A stretch of DNA of 45,507 nucleotides from Candidatus Kaiserbacteria bacterium RIFCSPLOWO2_01_FULL_50_24 (GCA_001783335.1 MFLU01000019.1:1-45507), one strand, 5' to 3'. Shown: positions 8,703 to 17,448, counted from the stretch's first letter. The notes: generated by a model not told the origin, from the sequence alone. A program made the numbers and translations.

Positions 8703-8743
8703 ATAAGAATCTCTAATTCGCTCCGCTCGTAAGAGCTTCTAAT

Positions 8744-9595
8744 ATGATAGTGAAAACAAAAGGAGAGCTTGAAGTGCTCCGCGAAGGCGGAAGGCGGCTT
8801 GCGCGGCACGTCAGGACGATTTGTGAAATGGTGCGGCCGGGCGTCACGCCAAAACAGCTTGAAGAAAGGGCGCGCGCGATGGTGGAATCTGATGGCGATA
8901 CACTTGCGTTTTACGGCTATGGAGGGAAGCGCGACATTCCGTTTCCGGCGGGTCTTTGCATTTCGGTGAACGATGTTATCGTCCATTGTCCGGCGAGCGA
9001 GAGTGATGCGGCATTCGAGGACGGTGATATCGTGTGCGTTGACTTCGGTATTAAACACGACGGATTGTTCACTGACCACGCGGTAACAGTTATTGCGGCT
9101 AGCGAGGAGCGAAGTGGGAGAGCACTCTCTCACACTTCGTCCGAGCGAAGACGCAAAAAGAGGTTACTGCCGATTATTGCCGGAGTGCCAAAAGGCAAAG
9201 ACGACGAGCGTTTACTTTCGGGTACAAGAGAAGCGCTTAGAGATGGAATCAAAGCGGCACGCGTGGGAAACACGATAGGGCACATAGGTGAGGCGGTAGA
9301 GCGCGTTGCAAAAAAGTATAATTTCGGTTTTCCCAAGAATCTCGGCGGGCACGGCGTTGGGCGCGCGGTGCACGAGGAGCCGCACATACACAATTTCGGG
9401 AAAGGGGGCGAGGGCGCGCCAATCGTAGAAAATATGGTTCTTGCGATAGAGCCGATGATGACGCTTGGCTCGGGCGAGCTTGTGCTTGACGCCGATGGCC
9501 ACTCCTACCGAACTCGCGATGGTTCCCGCACAGCACACTTTGAACACACTGTTCTCATCACAAAAAATGGTGCCGAAATCCTCACGAAAGAATAA
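8744..9595 (+). CDS. map: methionine aminopeptidase type I, with a 28-aa insertion
   Basis: CISVND..VH, GD...VDFG, TDHA, GHGVG..VHEEP, AIEPM, AHFEHT. Confidence 0.96.
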   Translation: MIVKTKGELEVLREGGRRLARHVRTICEMVRPGVTPKQLEERARAMVESDGDTLAFYGYGGKRDIPFPAGLCISVNDVIVHCPASESDAAFEDGDIVCVDFGIKHDGLFTDHAVTVIAASEERSGRALSHTSSERRRKKRLLPIIAGVPKGKDDERLLSGTREALRDGIKAARVGNTIGHIGEAVERVAKKYNFGFPKNLGGHGVGRAVHEEPHIHNFGKGGEGAPIVENMVLAIEPMMTLGSGELVLDADGHSYRTRDGSRTAHFEHTVLITKNGAEILTKE

Positions 9596-9609
9596 TGTAC
9601 AATGCGTCC

Positions 9610-10880
9610 ATGAAAGTGGACGTATTGCTCGTGGGGAGCGGCGGGCGTGAGCATGCGCTTGCATGGAAGTTGAAGAAGTCGTCGCGACTCGGGAAGCTTT
9701 ATATTGCGCCTGGGAACGGTGGCACGCAGTCTGTAGGAGAAAATGTACCGATTGGGGTGATGGAGTTTGAAAAACTCGCAAAATTTGCGGAAGAAAAGAA
9801 TATCGGTCTCACGGTGTGTAGCGTGGACGATCCGCTCGTCGGCGGTATCGTTGATTTTTTCAAGCGCGCGACCTTCGCATTTTTGGGCCAACAAAAGATG
9901 CGGCTGAGATAGAAGGTTCGAAAGCATTCGCAAAGCAATTAATGCGCGACGTCGGTATTCCGACGGCAGATTTTTCAGTATTCACGAATTACGATGAAGC
10001 CATGCGGTATGTTCAGGAGAAGGGCGTTTCCATTGTCGTGAAAGCGAGCGGGCTTGCGCTTGGGAAGGGTGTTGCCGTGTGTCGTACGCTCGGCGAGGCA
10101 GAAACGGCGCTCAAGGAGATCATGCTCGACAGGGTTTTCAAGGATGCCGGCACGAAAGTCGTCATCGAGCGCTATCTCGAAGGACAGGAAGTCTCTATTC
10201 ATGCACTCTCGGATGGCAAGACGCACGTGATGTTTCCGGTGTCGCAAGATCATAAGACGATAGGAGAGGGGGATACTGGAAAGAACACGGGTGGCATGGG
10301 CGTTATCGCGCCGCTCTCGTTTGTTTCTGCCGAACTCATGCAAGAGATTGAGCGCATGATCGTGAAGCCAACATTTGATGCGCTTCGGAAAAAAGGTATC
10401 GAGTATAGCGGTATTCTCTACCCCGGCCTCAAGCTGACATCGATGGGACCGAAGGTGCTCGAATATAATGCCCGCTTCGGCGACCCAGAGTGCCAGGTTT
10501 ACATGCGACTCTTGAAAACCGATTTACTCGATATTTTGGACGCGTGCGTTGACGGCAAATTGTCGGATCAGCAGATAGAATGGAACACTGGCTTTGCCGC
10601 GAACATCGTGCTCGTCTCCGGCGGATATCCCGACGAATACAAAAAAGGATTGCCCATAACGGGCATAGGGGAAGCAGAAAAAGTTCCTGGTGTCGTTGTC
10701 TTCCACGCCAGCACGCAACATCAAGGTCCGGCCTTGATGACTGCTGGTGGGCGCGTTCTGAGCGTATCCGCAGTCGGCGCGACCTTGAAATCAGCGCTTG
10801 ACCGCGCATATGAAGCTGTCGGCAAGGTCCGCTTTGAAGGTATGTATTTCCGTCGTGACATTGGCGCTAAATCGTTGTAG
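9610..10880 (+). pseudogene. purD: phosphoribosylamine--glycine ligase, one frameshift at T-run 9855-9860 (probably sequencing error)
   Basis: VGSGGREHA, APGNGG in first frame; VKASGLALGKGV, NTGGMG, EYNARFGDPE, GGRVL, FRRDIG in second; one extra T restores GIVDFFQARDLRIFGPTKDAAEIEGSK. Confidence 0.9.
10719..10739 (+). repeat. 21-nt RAYT-associated palindrome, in frame in purD
   Basis: CATCAAGGTCCGGCCTTGATG identical to 33681..33701 and 34322..34342. Confidence 0.9.
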
Positions 10881-10901
10881 GTACGATGGTATAATTTCGT
10901 A

Positions 10902-13742
10902 ATGCCTCCGACATTTGAGAAATCGCTCGTTGCGAGCCAGGAAAAATTTAAGTCCCCGCAAGAAGAGCTGGCGTATTTGCGCGAGCGGGTGCGGGAGAAG
11001 GAGCACGCTCTTGAAAACCGCGAGCCGCTTGAGCGCGAGCGCGTGGCGCGCCGCGAGGTCGCGGTGTATGCCGAACAACATCCAGCAACTGTACTGCACG
11101 AGGAAGTAGTCATGCCGGAATATGAGAGCGTGCGCCATGCACTCGCACTTGAATCGGAAGAGCATGACGTTCAAATAGACGAGCTTTTAAGGATTGTGTC
11201 GGAGCGTGGAATCAGGAATGCACTTTCGGTAGTTGCCCGCATGAAGAATGTGCATCTTGAAGACGATCTTCACCGCGCGCTTGTGCGCTATATTGCCGAA
11301 GGTCTGCCGGAAAAAGGTCTTCCCCCAGCATATCAGGTTAACCGCGCGCTCCACCTCGTTCTTTTTGAGATTCATCCGCAGGCATACAACGGCAGAGGCG
11401 AAAACGAACAGCATAAAAAACTTGCCGAAGTGCTTGCTTCTTCAGAACAGCTCTATGCCGGTTTGCTCCCGCTCATAGGACGAAACGAAGGTTTCGCACT
11501 TGAAATCGCCGTGCCGGAAGGCACCGAAGAAGCGACTCTTTACTTATCAATTCCTAGGACGCGCCAAGCGCTAGCAGAGCGCCTCATAGCTTCGGTTTTT
11601 CCGAACGCTCACATTGAAGAGGCGCGCGGCGACTACAACATATTTAATTACAAAGGAGAGCATGCAGTCGCATATGCGACACTGAAACAGCATCCGGCGT
11701 TTCCTCTGAAAACGTACGATCAGTTTGAACATGATCCTCTTAACGTCCTTCTCGCGTCGTTCTCAAAAATAGCAAAACACGGTGAGGGTGCGGCGGTGCA
11801 AATTGTAGTGGGGAACGAGGGCGACCGTTACAACGCGCACTACAAAAAGATGATGCGCGAGCTTGAAAAGGGGCGCCATGTATCTGACGCACTTTCTGTT
11901 TCGGAAACGGCGTTTGGCGATGCGGTGCACGATTTTACAGAAGCCATATTTTTTTCTAAACAGAAAGAAGAGAAAAAAGAGCGGGAGCTTCGTCGCGGGT
12001 CCGATCAGGTTGCGACAGAGGAGATCGGGCGCAAAATCGGAAGCCGCATTGTTCCCGTGAATATTCGCATCGTGGCATCCGCCGCCACAAAAAAGAGGGC
12101 AGTGGAATTGGTGGATAATCTCGTGGCGCCGTTCAATCAATTTGACGATGCGCGCGGCAATCGCCTTCTGTTTACACACGTATCATTTTGGAGCAAAACC
12201 TCTTTCCTGCGGGATTTCACCTACCGCCTTTTTAACAATGCGACCGCGTGTCCCCTGTCGCTCGCGGAATTGACGGCAATGTTCCACTTTACCGCCGAGC
12301 GCGTTACCACCTCGCGCGAATTGAAGCGGGCGCACGCCAAACAATCGCCCGCGCCGGTTGAGATGGCGCACGACGGAATCACCGTTGGTATAAATCGCTA
12401 CGGTGCGACGGAGACCCCCGTTCTTTTTGGAGCACAAGATCGCCTGCGCCACGCCTACGTTATTGGACAGACAGGAACCGGAAAAACGGGGCTCATCAAG
12501 AACATGATTATGCAAGATATGAAAAACGGCGAAGGTGTGGCGTTCATTGATCCGCACGGAAATGATATAGAAGATATTCTCGCAATGGTGCCGCCGGAGC
12601 GCGCGCAAGATGTAATCTATTTTGATCCGGCGTATACAGCGCGCCCCATGGGGCTAAACATGCTTGAATACGATACGAATAGGCCGGAGATGAAAACATT
12701 CGTGATAGACGAAGTGTACGGTATTTTCCGCAAATTATACGCAGATATTCCGGAAGCATTTGGGCCGATGTTTGAACAGTACTACAGGAATGCCGTTCAG
12801 CTCGTCCTTGAAGATCCAGCAAGCGGAAATACTTTTTTGGAAATCCCTCGTGTTTTTGCGGATACGTCGTTCAGAAACCTGAAGCTTTCTCGCTGCAAAA
12901 ATCCTATCATCGTGCAATTTTGGAAAAAGATTGCTGAAGCGGCCGGCGGAGACCCGGCGCTTGAAAACATCGCGCCCTACATCACGTCCAAGTTTGATGC
13001 CTTTCTCACAAACGATATTATGCGCCCCATTGTGGCGCAGGAGCACTCGGCATTTAATTTTCGCGACATAATGGATGGGAAGAAAATTTTTATAGCAAAC
13101 CTCTCTAAAGGACGCTTGGGCGACCGCAACATGTCGTTGCTCGGACTCGTCCTTGTTTCAAAGTTTCTGCAAGCGGCATTTTCACGCGTGGACCCCGTTA
13201 GAAGTCAGAAAGTACAGGTTTCTGGCGGTATGTACAATGAAACTCACCTGACTTCTAACGGGGTGAATACTCGCGGTGGTAATTTACCAACGTTTTACCT
13301 CTACATTGACGAGTTCCAGAATTTTGCGACGCCCTCTATCGGTACGATTCTTTCCGAAGCGCGAAAGTACAAGCTCGCGCTCACCGTGGCGCACCAATTC
13401 ATCGCGCAACTTTCGGAAGACATCCGTGATGCGGTTATCGGGAATGTCGGCACGAAATTTTCGTTCCGTATCGGCACCACAGATGCAGAGTTTCTGGAAA
13501 AACAATTCAGCCCCATTTTCACCGCATACGACCTTGAAAACCTTCCCAATCGTCACGCGTGCGCTTCGCTTCTTGTAGACGGCGTGCCCGCACAGCCATT
13601 CACTTTGCGAACTACCGACTTGCCGCACATGGATTATGCGCGCGTGGATGCCATCAAAGAGCTTTCGCATACACAGTACGGCAGGGCCCGCGAAGAAATA
13701 GAGGAAGAGATACGCACCAAATTCCGCGAAACGCCGGATTGA
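10902..13742 (+). CDS. VirD4/TraD/HerA-like (DUF87-type) P-loop ATPase
   Basis: DRLRHAYVIGQTGTGKT Walker A, FIDPHG, LYIDEFQN Walker B, LSEARKY..L..AHQ. Confidence 0.85.
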   Translation: MPPTFEKSLVASQEKFKSPQEELAYLRERVREKEHALENREPLERERVARREVAVYAEQHPATVLHEEVVMPEYESVRHALALESEEHDVQIDELLRIVSERGIRNALSVVARMKNVHLEDDLHRALVRYIAEGLPEKGLPPAYQVNRALHLVLFEIHPQAYNGRGENEQHKKLAEVLASSEQLYAGLLPLIGRNEGFALEIAVPEGTEEATLYLSIPRTRQALAERLIASVFPNAHIEEARGDYNIFNYKGEHAVAYATLKQHPAFPLKTYDQFEHDPLNVLLASFSKIAKHGEGAAVQIVVGNEGDRYNAHYKKMMRELEKGRHVSDALSVSETAFGDAVHDFTEAIFFSKQKEEKKERELRRGSDQVATEEIGRKIGSRIVPVNIRIVASAATKKRAVELVDNLVAPFNQFDDARGNRLLFTHVSFWSKTSFLRDFTYRLFNNATACPLSLAELTAMFHFTAERVTTSRELKRAHAKQSPAPVEMAHDGITVGINRYGATETPVLFGAQDRLRHAYVIGQTGTGKTGLIKNMIMQDMKNGEGVAFIDPHGNDIEDILAMVPPERAQDVIYFDPAYTARPMGLNMLEYDTNRPEMKTFVIDEVYGIFRKLYADIPEAFGPMFEQYYRNAVQLVLEDPASGNTFLEIPRVFADTSFRNLKLSRCKNPIIVQFWKKIAEAAGGDPALENIAPYITSKFDAFLTNDIMRPIVAQEHSAFNFRDIMDGKKIFIANLSKGRLGDRNMSLLGLVLVSKFLQAAFSRVDPVRSQKVQVSGGMYNETHLTSNGVNTRGGNLPTFYLYIDEFQNFATPSIGTILSEARKYKLALTVAHQFIAQLSEDIRDAVIGNVGTKFSFRIGTTDAEFLEKQFSPIFTAYDLENLPNRHACASLLVDGVPAQPFTLRTTDLPHMDYARVDAIKELSHTQYGRAREEIEEEIRTKFRETPD
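13192..13264. mobile_element. miniature inverted-repeat element inserted in frame in the ATPase gene
   Basis: perfect 17-bp terminal inverted repeats ACCCCGTTAGAAGTCAG / CTGACTTCTAACGGGGT. Confidence 0.8.
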
Positions 13743-13816
13743 CCCACACACTTACTTTCGGTTTGCGCTTTGCGCGTTCTGGCTTTACCAGAACAAACCG
13801 AAAGTAAGTATGCGGG
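13743..13816. repeat. conserved-end hairpin element (family B)
   Basis: CCCACACACTTACTTTCGGTTTG ... CAAACCGAAAGTAAGTATGCGGG. Confidence 0.75.
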
Positions 13817-13870
13817 AGTTGCGGAGCCGCTTTAATTGTGTACACTTTCGCAGATGATTGGTAGAACGTT

Positions 13871-14944
13871 ATGAAATACGAAAAAGAATTCCCACTTTTT
13901 AAGACAAAAGTATCCGGAGTAACCCCGAAGTTTGATCTTTCAACACCCGAAGGTCGGGCCGGATATTTTGAAGCAAAAGCGGGCGAAGATATTCGCAAGC
14001 TAAAGGAGTACCTTAAAAGCCATACGTTTGTTGCCTATCTTCTTGCAAAGAAAAGCGCTGGCAAAGGCACCTATACGAAATTGATGCGGGAGATATTCGG
14101 CGACGTTATTGCCCACGTTTCCGTGGGAGACGTTGTGCGCGCAACACATCGGGTAATGGAAGATGAGTCCGAACACGCGACACGCTCTGAAATCATGGAA
14201 TATCTTGAGAAGCATTATCGCGGCTATATGTCGCTCGACGACGCGGTCAAGGCACTCCTTGGGCGCGACACAAAGAGCTTGTTACCCTCGGAGTTCATTC
14301 TTGCGCTCGTCAAACGCGAAATAGACGCGCTTCCGCGCGGTGCTCTGTTTATAGATGGTTTTCCTCGCGAACTGGATCAGGTGTCGTACGCGTTCTTTTT
14401 TCGCGACCTCGTTAACTACCGTAACGACCCGGATATTTTCATCGCGATAGATATTCCGATGAGCGTCATTGACGAGCGTATGAAGTATCGCGTGGTTTGC
14501 CCTACGTGCCAGACCCCGCGTAATGTCAAACTGCTCGCAACTAAGAATGTCGAGCATGATCAATCAAGTGGCGAGTTCTACCTGCTTTGCGACGAGCACG
14601 GAGAGCGCATGGTTGCCAAAGAGGGGGACACGGCAGGTATTGAGCCAATTCGTGCTCGCTTGGAAAAAGACGGCCAATTGATAGACAAAATGTTCTCTCT
14701 CCACGGTGTCCCAAAGATACTTTTGCGCAATGCGGTTCCGGCGGATACGGCGCTCCAATACGTTGACGATTATGAGCTTACACCCGAATACAGCTATAAG
14801 TGGGACGAAAAGAGCCAGAAGGTAACGACAAAGGAATCTCCGTGGACCATTAAGGATGACGAGGGTGTGGAAGTATACAGCTTGCTCGCTCCCGCAGTGG
14901 TCGTTGTCCTCATAAAGCAACTCGTGTCGGTCTTGAAACTCTAG
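13871..14944 (+). CDS. adenylate-kinase-like nucleoside monophosphate kinase, long form
   Basis: AKKSAGKGT P-loop variant, HVSVGD, FIDGFPR, LID-like CPTC...LCDEH. Confidence 0.7.
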   Translation: MKYEKEFPLFKTKVSGVTPKFDLSTPEGRAGYFEAKAGEDIRKLKEYLKSHTFVAYLLAKKSAGKGTYTKLMREIFGDVIAHVSVGDVVRATHRVMEDESEHATRSEIMEYLEKHYRGYMSLDDAVKALLGRDTKSLLPSEFILALVKREIDALPRGALFIDGFPRELDQVSYAFFFRDLVNYRNDPDIFIAIDIPMSVIDERMKYRVVCPTCQTPRNVKLLATKNVEHDQSSGEFYLLCDEHGERMVAKEGDTAGIEPIRARLEKDGQLIDKMFSLHGVPKILLRNAVPADTALQYVDDYELTPEYSYKWDEKSQKVTTKESPWTIKDDEGVEVYSLLAPAVVVVLIKQLVSVLKL

Positions 14945-14977
14945 TTGCATAATCGGATGGTGCTATACTAGAAAGTA

Positions 14978-15105
14978 GCGGCGGGTACAAAACCTGCAAC
15001 CAAAAAATAGGGCAGTCCGATTATCGCTGTGCGTCGTCAGAATCAAACTCGGGCGTATATGCTGTGGACTCCCACCTGGATTCATACCAGGTGCGTGCCT
15101 GCCGT
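14978..15105 (+). ncRNA. candidate structured ncRNA, 6S-like architecture
   Basis: extended -10 TGcTATACT upstream, 11-bp closing stem, central bubble, apical stem, terminator downstream. Confidence 0.45.
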
Positions 15106-15141
15106 CCCAAAAAACTTCGCTTCACGCGAAGTTTTTTGGGA
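15105..15141. terminator. intrinsic terminator
   Basis: tcccaaaaaacttcgc ... gcgaagttttttggga hairpin containing a T-run. Confidence 0.7.
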
Positions 15142-15163
15142 CTTGCTGTAGTAGTATGGAGCG

Positions 15164-15547
15164 ATGGAGCGAAAGCGGTTGTTGTATTTACAGGGCGCAG
15201 TTGCGACACTCGTTGGCTCCCTTCACCTTGTCGGCCTTGAGCATTTTTTATATTGGAAACTATGGTGGTACGACATTCCTACGCACTTTTTGGGCGGCGT
15301 ATGGGTGGCCCTCGCCTTATTGTGGGTGAGCGCGCTTCTCGGTGTGCGTATACGATGGTTTATCGTGCTTCTTGTGGTTCTTGCGGTCGGCGTTTTGTGG
15401 GAGCTTTTGGAGTTCGGAACCGGATTTACGCCTAAAGAAAACTATGCTCTTGACACCATTCTGGATCTCATCATGGATGTGGTCGGTGGTGTGTGCGGTG
15501 TGTGGGTAGTGCATACATTCAATAGCTCGCGCAGTGGTAGAATATAA
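15164..15547 (+). CDS. small 4-TM membrane protein (VanZ/DUF2238-like)
   Basis: WWYDIPTHFLGG, LWELLE, DTILDLIMD pattern. Confidence 0.65.
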   Translation: MERKRLLYLQGAVATLVGSLHLVGLEHFLYWKLWWYDIPTHFLGGVWVALALLWVSALLGVRIRWFIVLLVVLAVGVLWELLEFGTGFTPKENYALDTILDLIMDVVGGVCGVWVVHTFNSSRSGRI

Positions 15548-15549
15548 GG

Positions 15550-16251
15550 ATGGAAGAGCATACACGCGAACATGACACGCATACTGTTGTGCCGTACCCA
15601 AAAGATATGCGCGCATTTGCGCGTTATGCGCACGGTCACACGCTTTTGAAGGTCGCTGTTTCCGGCGCCGCCGTCACCGGCTATTGCGGATTGGATGTTT
15701 TTGAAAAGGCAAAAGAAATTGGGCGCGAAATCGCGCGACAAGGCGCCGCGATTGTTACCGGTGCCACAACCGGCTTTGCCTTTTATGCCACGATGGGCGC
15801 GAAAGAGGAGGGCGGATTTTCCATTGGCTTTTCTCCCGCCGCGACGGAGCGCGAGCACATGGAAGTATATAAACTCCCGCTTGATTATATGGACATCATC
15901 ATTTACACGGGATTCGGCTATGTTGGCAGAGACCTACTCATGATACGCGCATCGGATGCAGTTATTATCGGATGCGGGAGAATAGGCACCATAAATGAGT
16001 TTGCGGTAGCGTTTGAAGACAGGCGCCCCATAGGGATAGTTGACGGGAGTTGGGAAACGGATGAGATATTGAAAAACATCATCGATACGGCACATCGCGA
16101 GAATCCGCGTGTCTTTACGGATTCTGATGCAAAATCGCTTGTGGAGCACGTGATAGCGCAGGTCAAGAAAGATAAGCAAGAACTCAATTTTGTGTACAAC
16201 AGCCGTGATGGTGTGGGGGGAACGGGCAAGAACGCGGAGGTTATTCTTTAG
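15550..16251 (+). CDS. LOG/SLOG-family nucleotide-binding protein (TIGR00725-like)
   Basis: GREIA..GA.IVTGATTG, YTGFG..GRD, GRIGTINE. Confidence 0.8.
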   Translation: MEEHTREHDTHTVVPYPKDMRAFARYAHGHTLLKVAVSGAAVTGYCGLDVFEKAKEIGREIARQGAAIVTGATTGFAFYATMGAKEEGGFSIGFSPAATEREHMEVYKLPLDYMDIIIYTGFGYVGRDLLMIRASDAVIIGCGRIGTINEFAVAFEDRRPIGIVDGSWETDEILKNIIDTAHRENPRVFTDSDAKSLVEHVIAQVKKDKQELNFVYNSRDGVGGTGKNAEVIL

Positions 16252-16288
16252 CTCCTCCACTTCGTGTGTAGTTGGCGGAGCGGTAGTA

Positions 16289-16518
16289 GAACATGTCTGA
16301 AAACCCTTCGCTTCGTATGCATGTCTCTTCGGGGTCGCTGTCTGGGCTTGCTAGCCCAGCGCTCACTCTCGGCTCGTCAGCCTGCGAGAGACCCCGAAGA
16401 GACACGCCTCCTCGCTCCGGGTAAGCAAAGCTTTCCGGCAGCGCTCGTTCGGAAACGGAAAAATTCATTTTACCGTTTCGCTCACTCGTTTGCCGATAAA
16501 CAGTTTCAGGACATGCTC
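16289..16518. repeat. multibranched palindromic intergenic element
   Basis: outer gaacatgtctgaaa / tttcaggacatgctc, inner tgtctcttcggggtc / gaccccgaagagaca plus several small hairpins. Confidence 0.65.
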
Positions 16519-16522
16519 CAGT

Positions 16523-16867
16523 CTAGGAAAGTTTTTTGACGACGCGTGCAAATACTCCCGGATGGTCTTTTGCAAGCGTGGAGAGCACTTTTCTGTCAAG
16601 CGCCACGCCCTTTTTTTTGAGCACGTCTATCAGTTTTGAATATGAGAGACCATTCTCGCGGGCGGCGGCATTGAGACGCAGAGTCCACAGTTGACGCGCG
16701 TCGCGCTTTTTTGCTCTACGGTGTCTGAATGCATGTACTCCCGCGTGGAAGATGGCCTCACGCGCCACGCGTTGTTTTGTGGAGCGTCCGAAACGGTATC
16801 CCTTAACCTGCCGCAGAATGTTGCGGCGGCGCTTCATTGCAGTTGTTCCTCGTTTGACTCTACTCAT
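16523..16867 (-). CDS. rplT: 50S ribosomal protein L20
   Basis: MSRVKRG, KGYR, LWTLRLNAAAR, LDRKVLS. Confidence 0.97.
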   Translation of the reverse strand: MSRVKRGTTAMKRRRNILRQVKGYRFGRSTKQRVAREAIFHAGVHAFRHRRAKKRDARQLWTLRLNAAARENGLSYSKLIDVLKKKGVALDRKVLSTLAKDHPGVFARVVKKLS

Positions 16868-16913
16868 ATATTAGAGATTCTTAACGAATGATAATGAGTT
16901 TAGAAGCTCTTAT

Positions 16914-16967
16914 ACCCCGTGAAATCGCCGCGAAGCGGCGAGCGCCGAAGGCGCATTTCACTGGGGT
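16914..16967 (-). repeat. family A palindromic repeat
   Basis: ACCCCGTGAAAT...ATTTCACTGGGGT with two internal hairpins. Confidence 0.85.
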
Positions 16968-17001
16968 TGAGAAAAACATAGTTACCATACTCCTTAATTT
17001 T

Positions 17002-17184
17002 CTACAAAAATCTGCTTCTATCTGTGCGTGAAAAAGAGCCATTAACTCTCTGCGAACGTCGGTGGCGCTGACGCTCACTCCCGCTCCGCTTTGCGTTGAA
17101 GTGGTTGTGCCCGGCTGTGCGCGCCAAAATTTTCCCCGTACGGGTAACCTTGAGCCGCTTCAAGAACGATTTATTTGATTTCAT
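17002..17184 (-). CDS. rpmI: 50S ribosomal protein L35
   Basis: MKSNKSFLKRLKVTRTGKI...HNHF; between infC and rplT. Confidence 0.92.
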   Translation of the reverse strand: MKSNKSFLKRLKVTRTGKILARTAGHNHFNAKRSGSERQRHRRSQRVNGSFSRTDRSRFL

Positions 17185-17331
17185 GTGTTAGATTTTGTTA
17201 CGAGTTCATCCAGCACCTTTTATACACCGTGTGCTTGGTAAGGTGAAATAATACATTAGGGATTACTATTTGAATAATTTAAACTATCGCGCTTGAAAAG
17301 GTGCTGGACAGGGCGAGTTAGAAAATCTTAC

Positions 17332-17387
17332 ACCCCGTGAAATCCTCGCCGAAGGCGGGGAGCCGCGAAGCGGCATTTCACTGGGGT
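17332..17387 (-). repeat. family A palindromic repeat
   Basis: near reverse complement of 3420..3475. Confidence 0.85.
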
Positions 17388-17448
17388 TCGCAGTACTATA
17401 CAGTACCTTCTTCATTTTGCAAAAGTGGTGCTGGGCTAGCGGGCGCTT

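Noticed and set aside
8601-8732. Paralogous mini-ORFs M.T.FFSTPVKCAFGARRFA here and at 16988..16881, each after AAGGAG
   Set aside because: Similarity is explained by the shared DNA repeat; SD-to-ATG spacing of 1 nt is too short.
10902-13742. Conjugative element inferred from the VirD4-like ATPase
   Set aside because: No relaxase, VirB or integrase genes nearby; such ATPases are common chromosomal genes in CPR.
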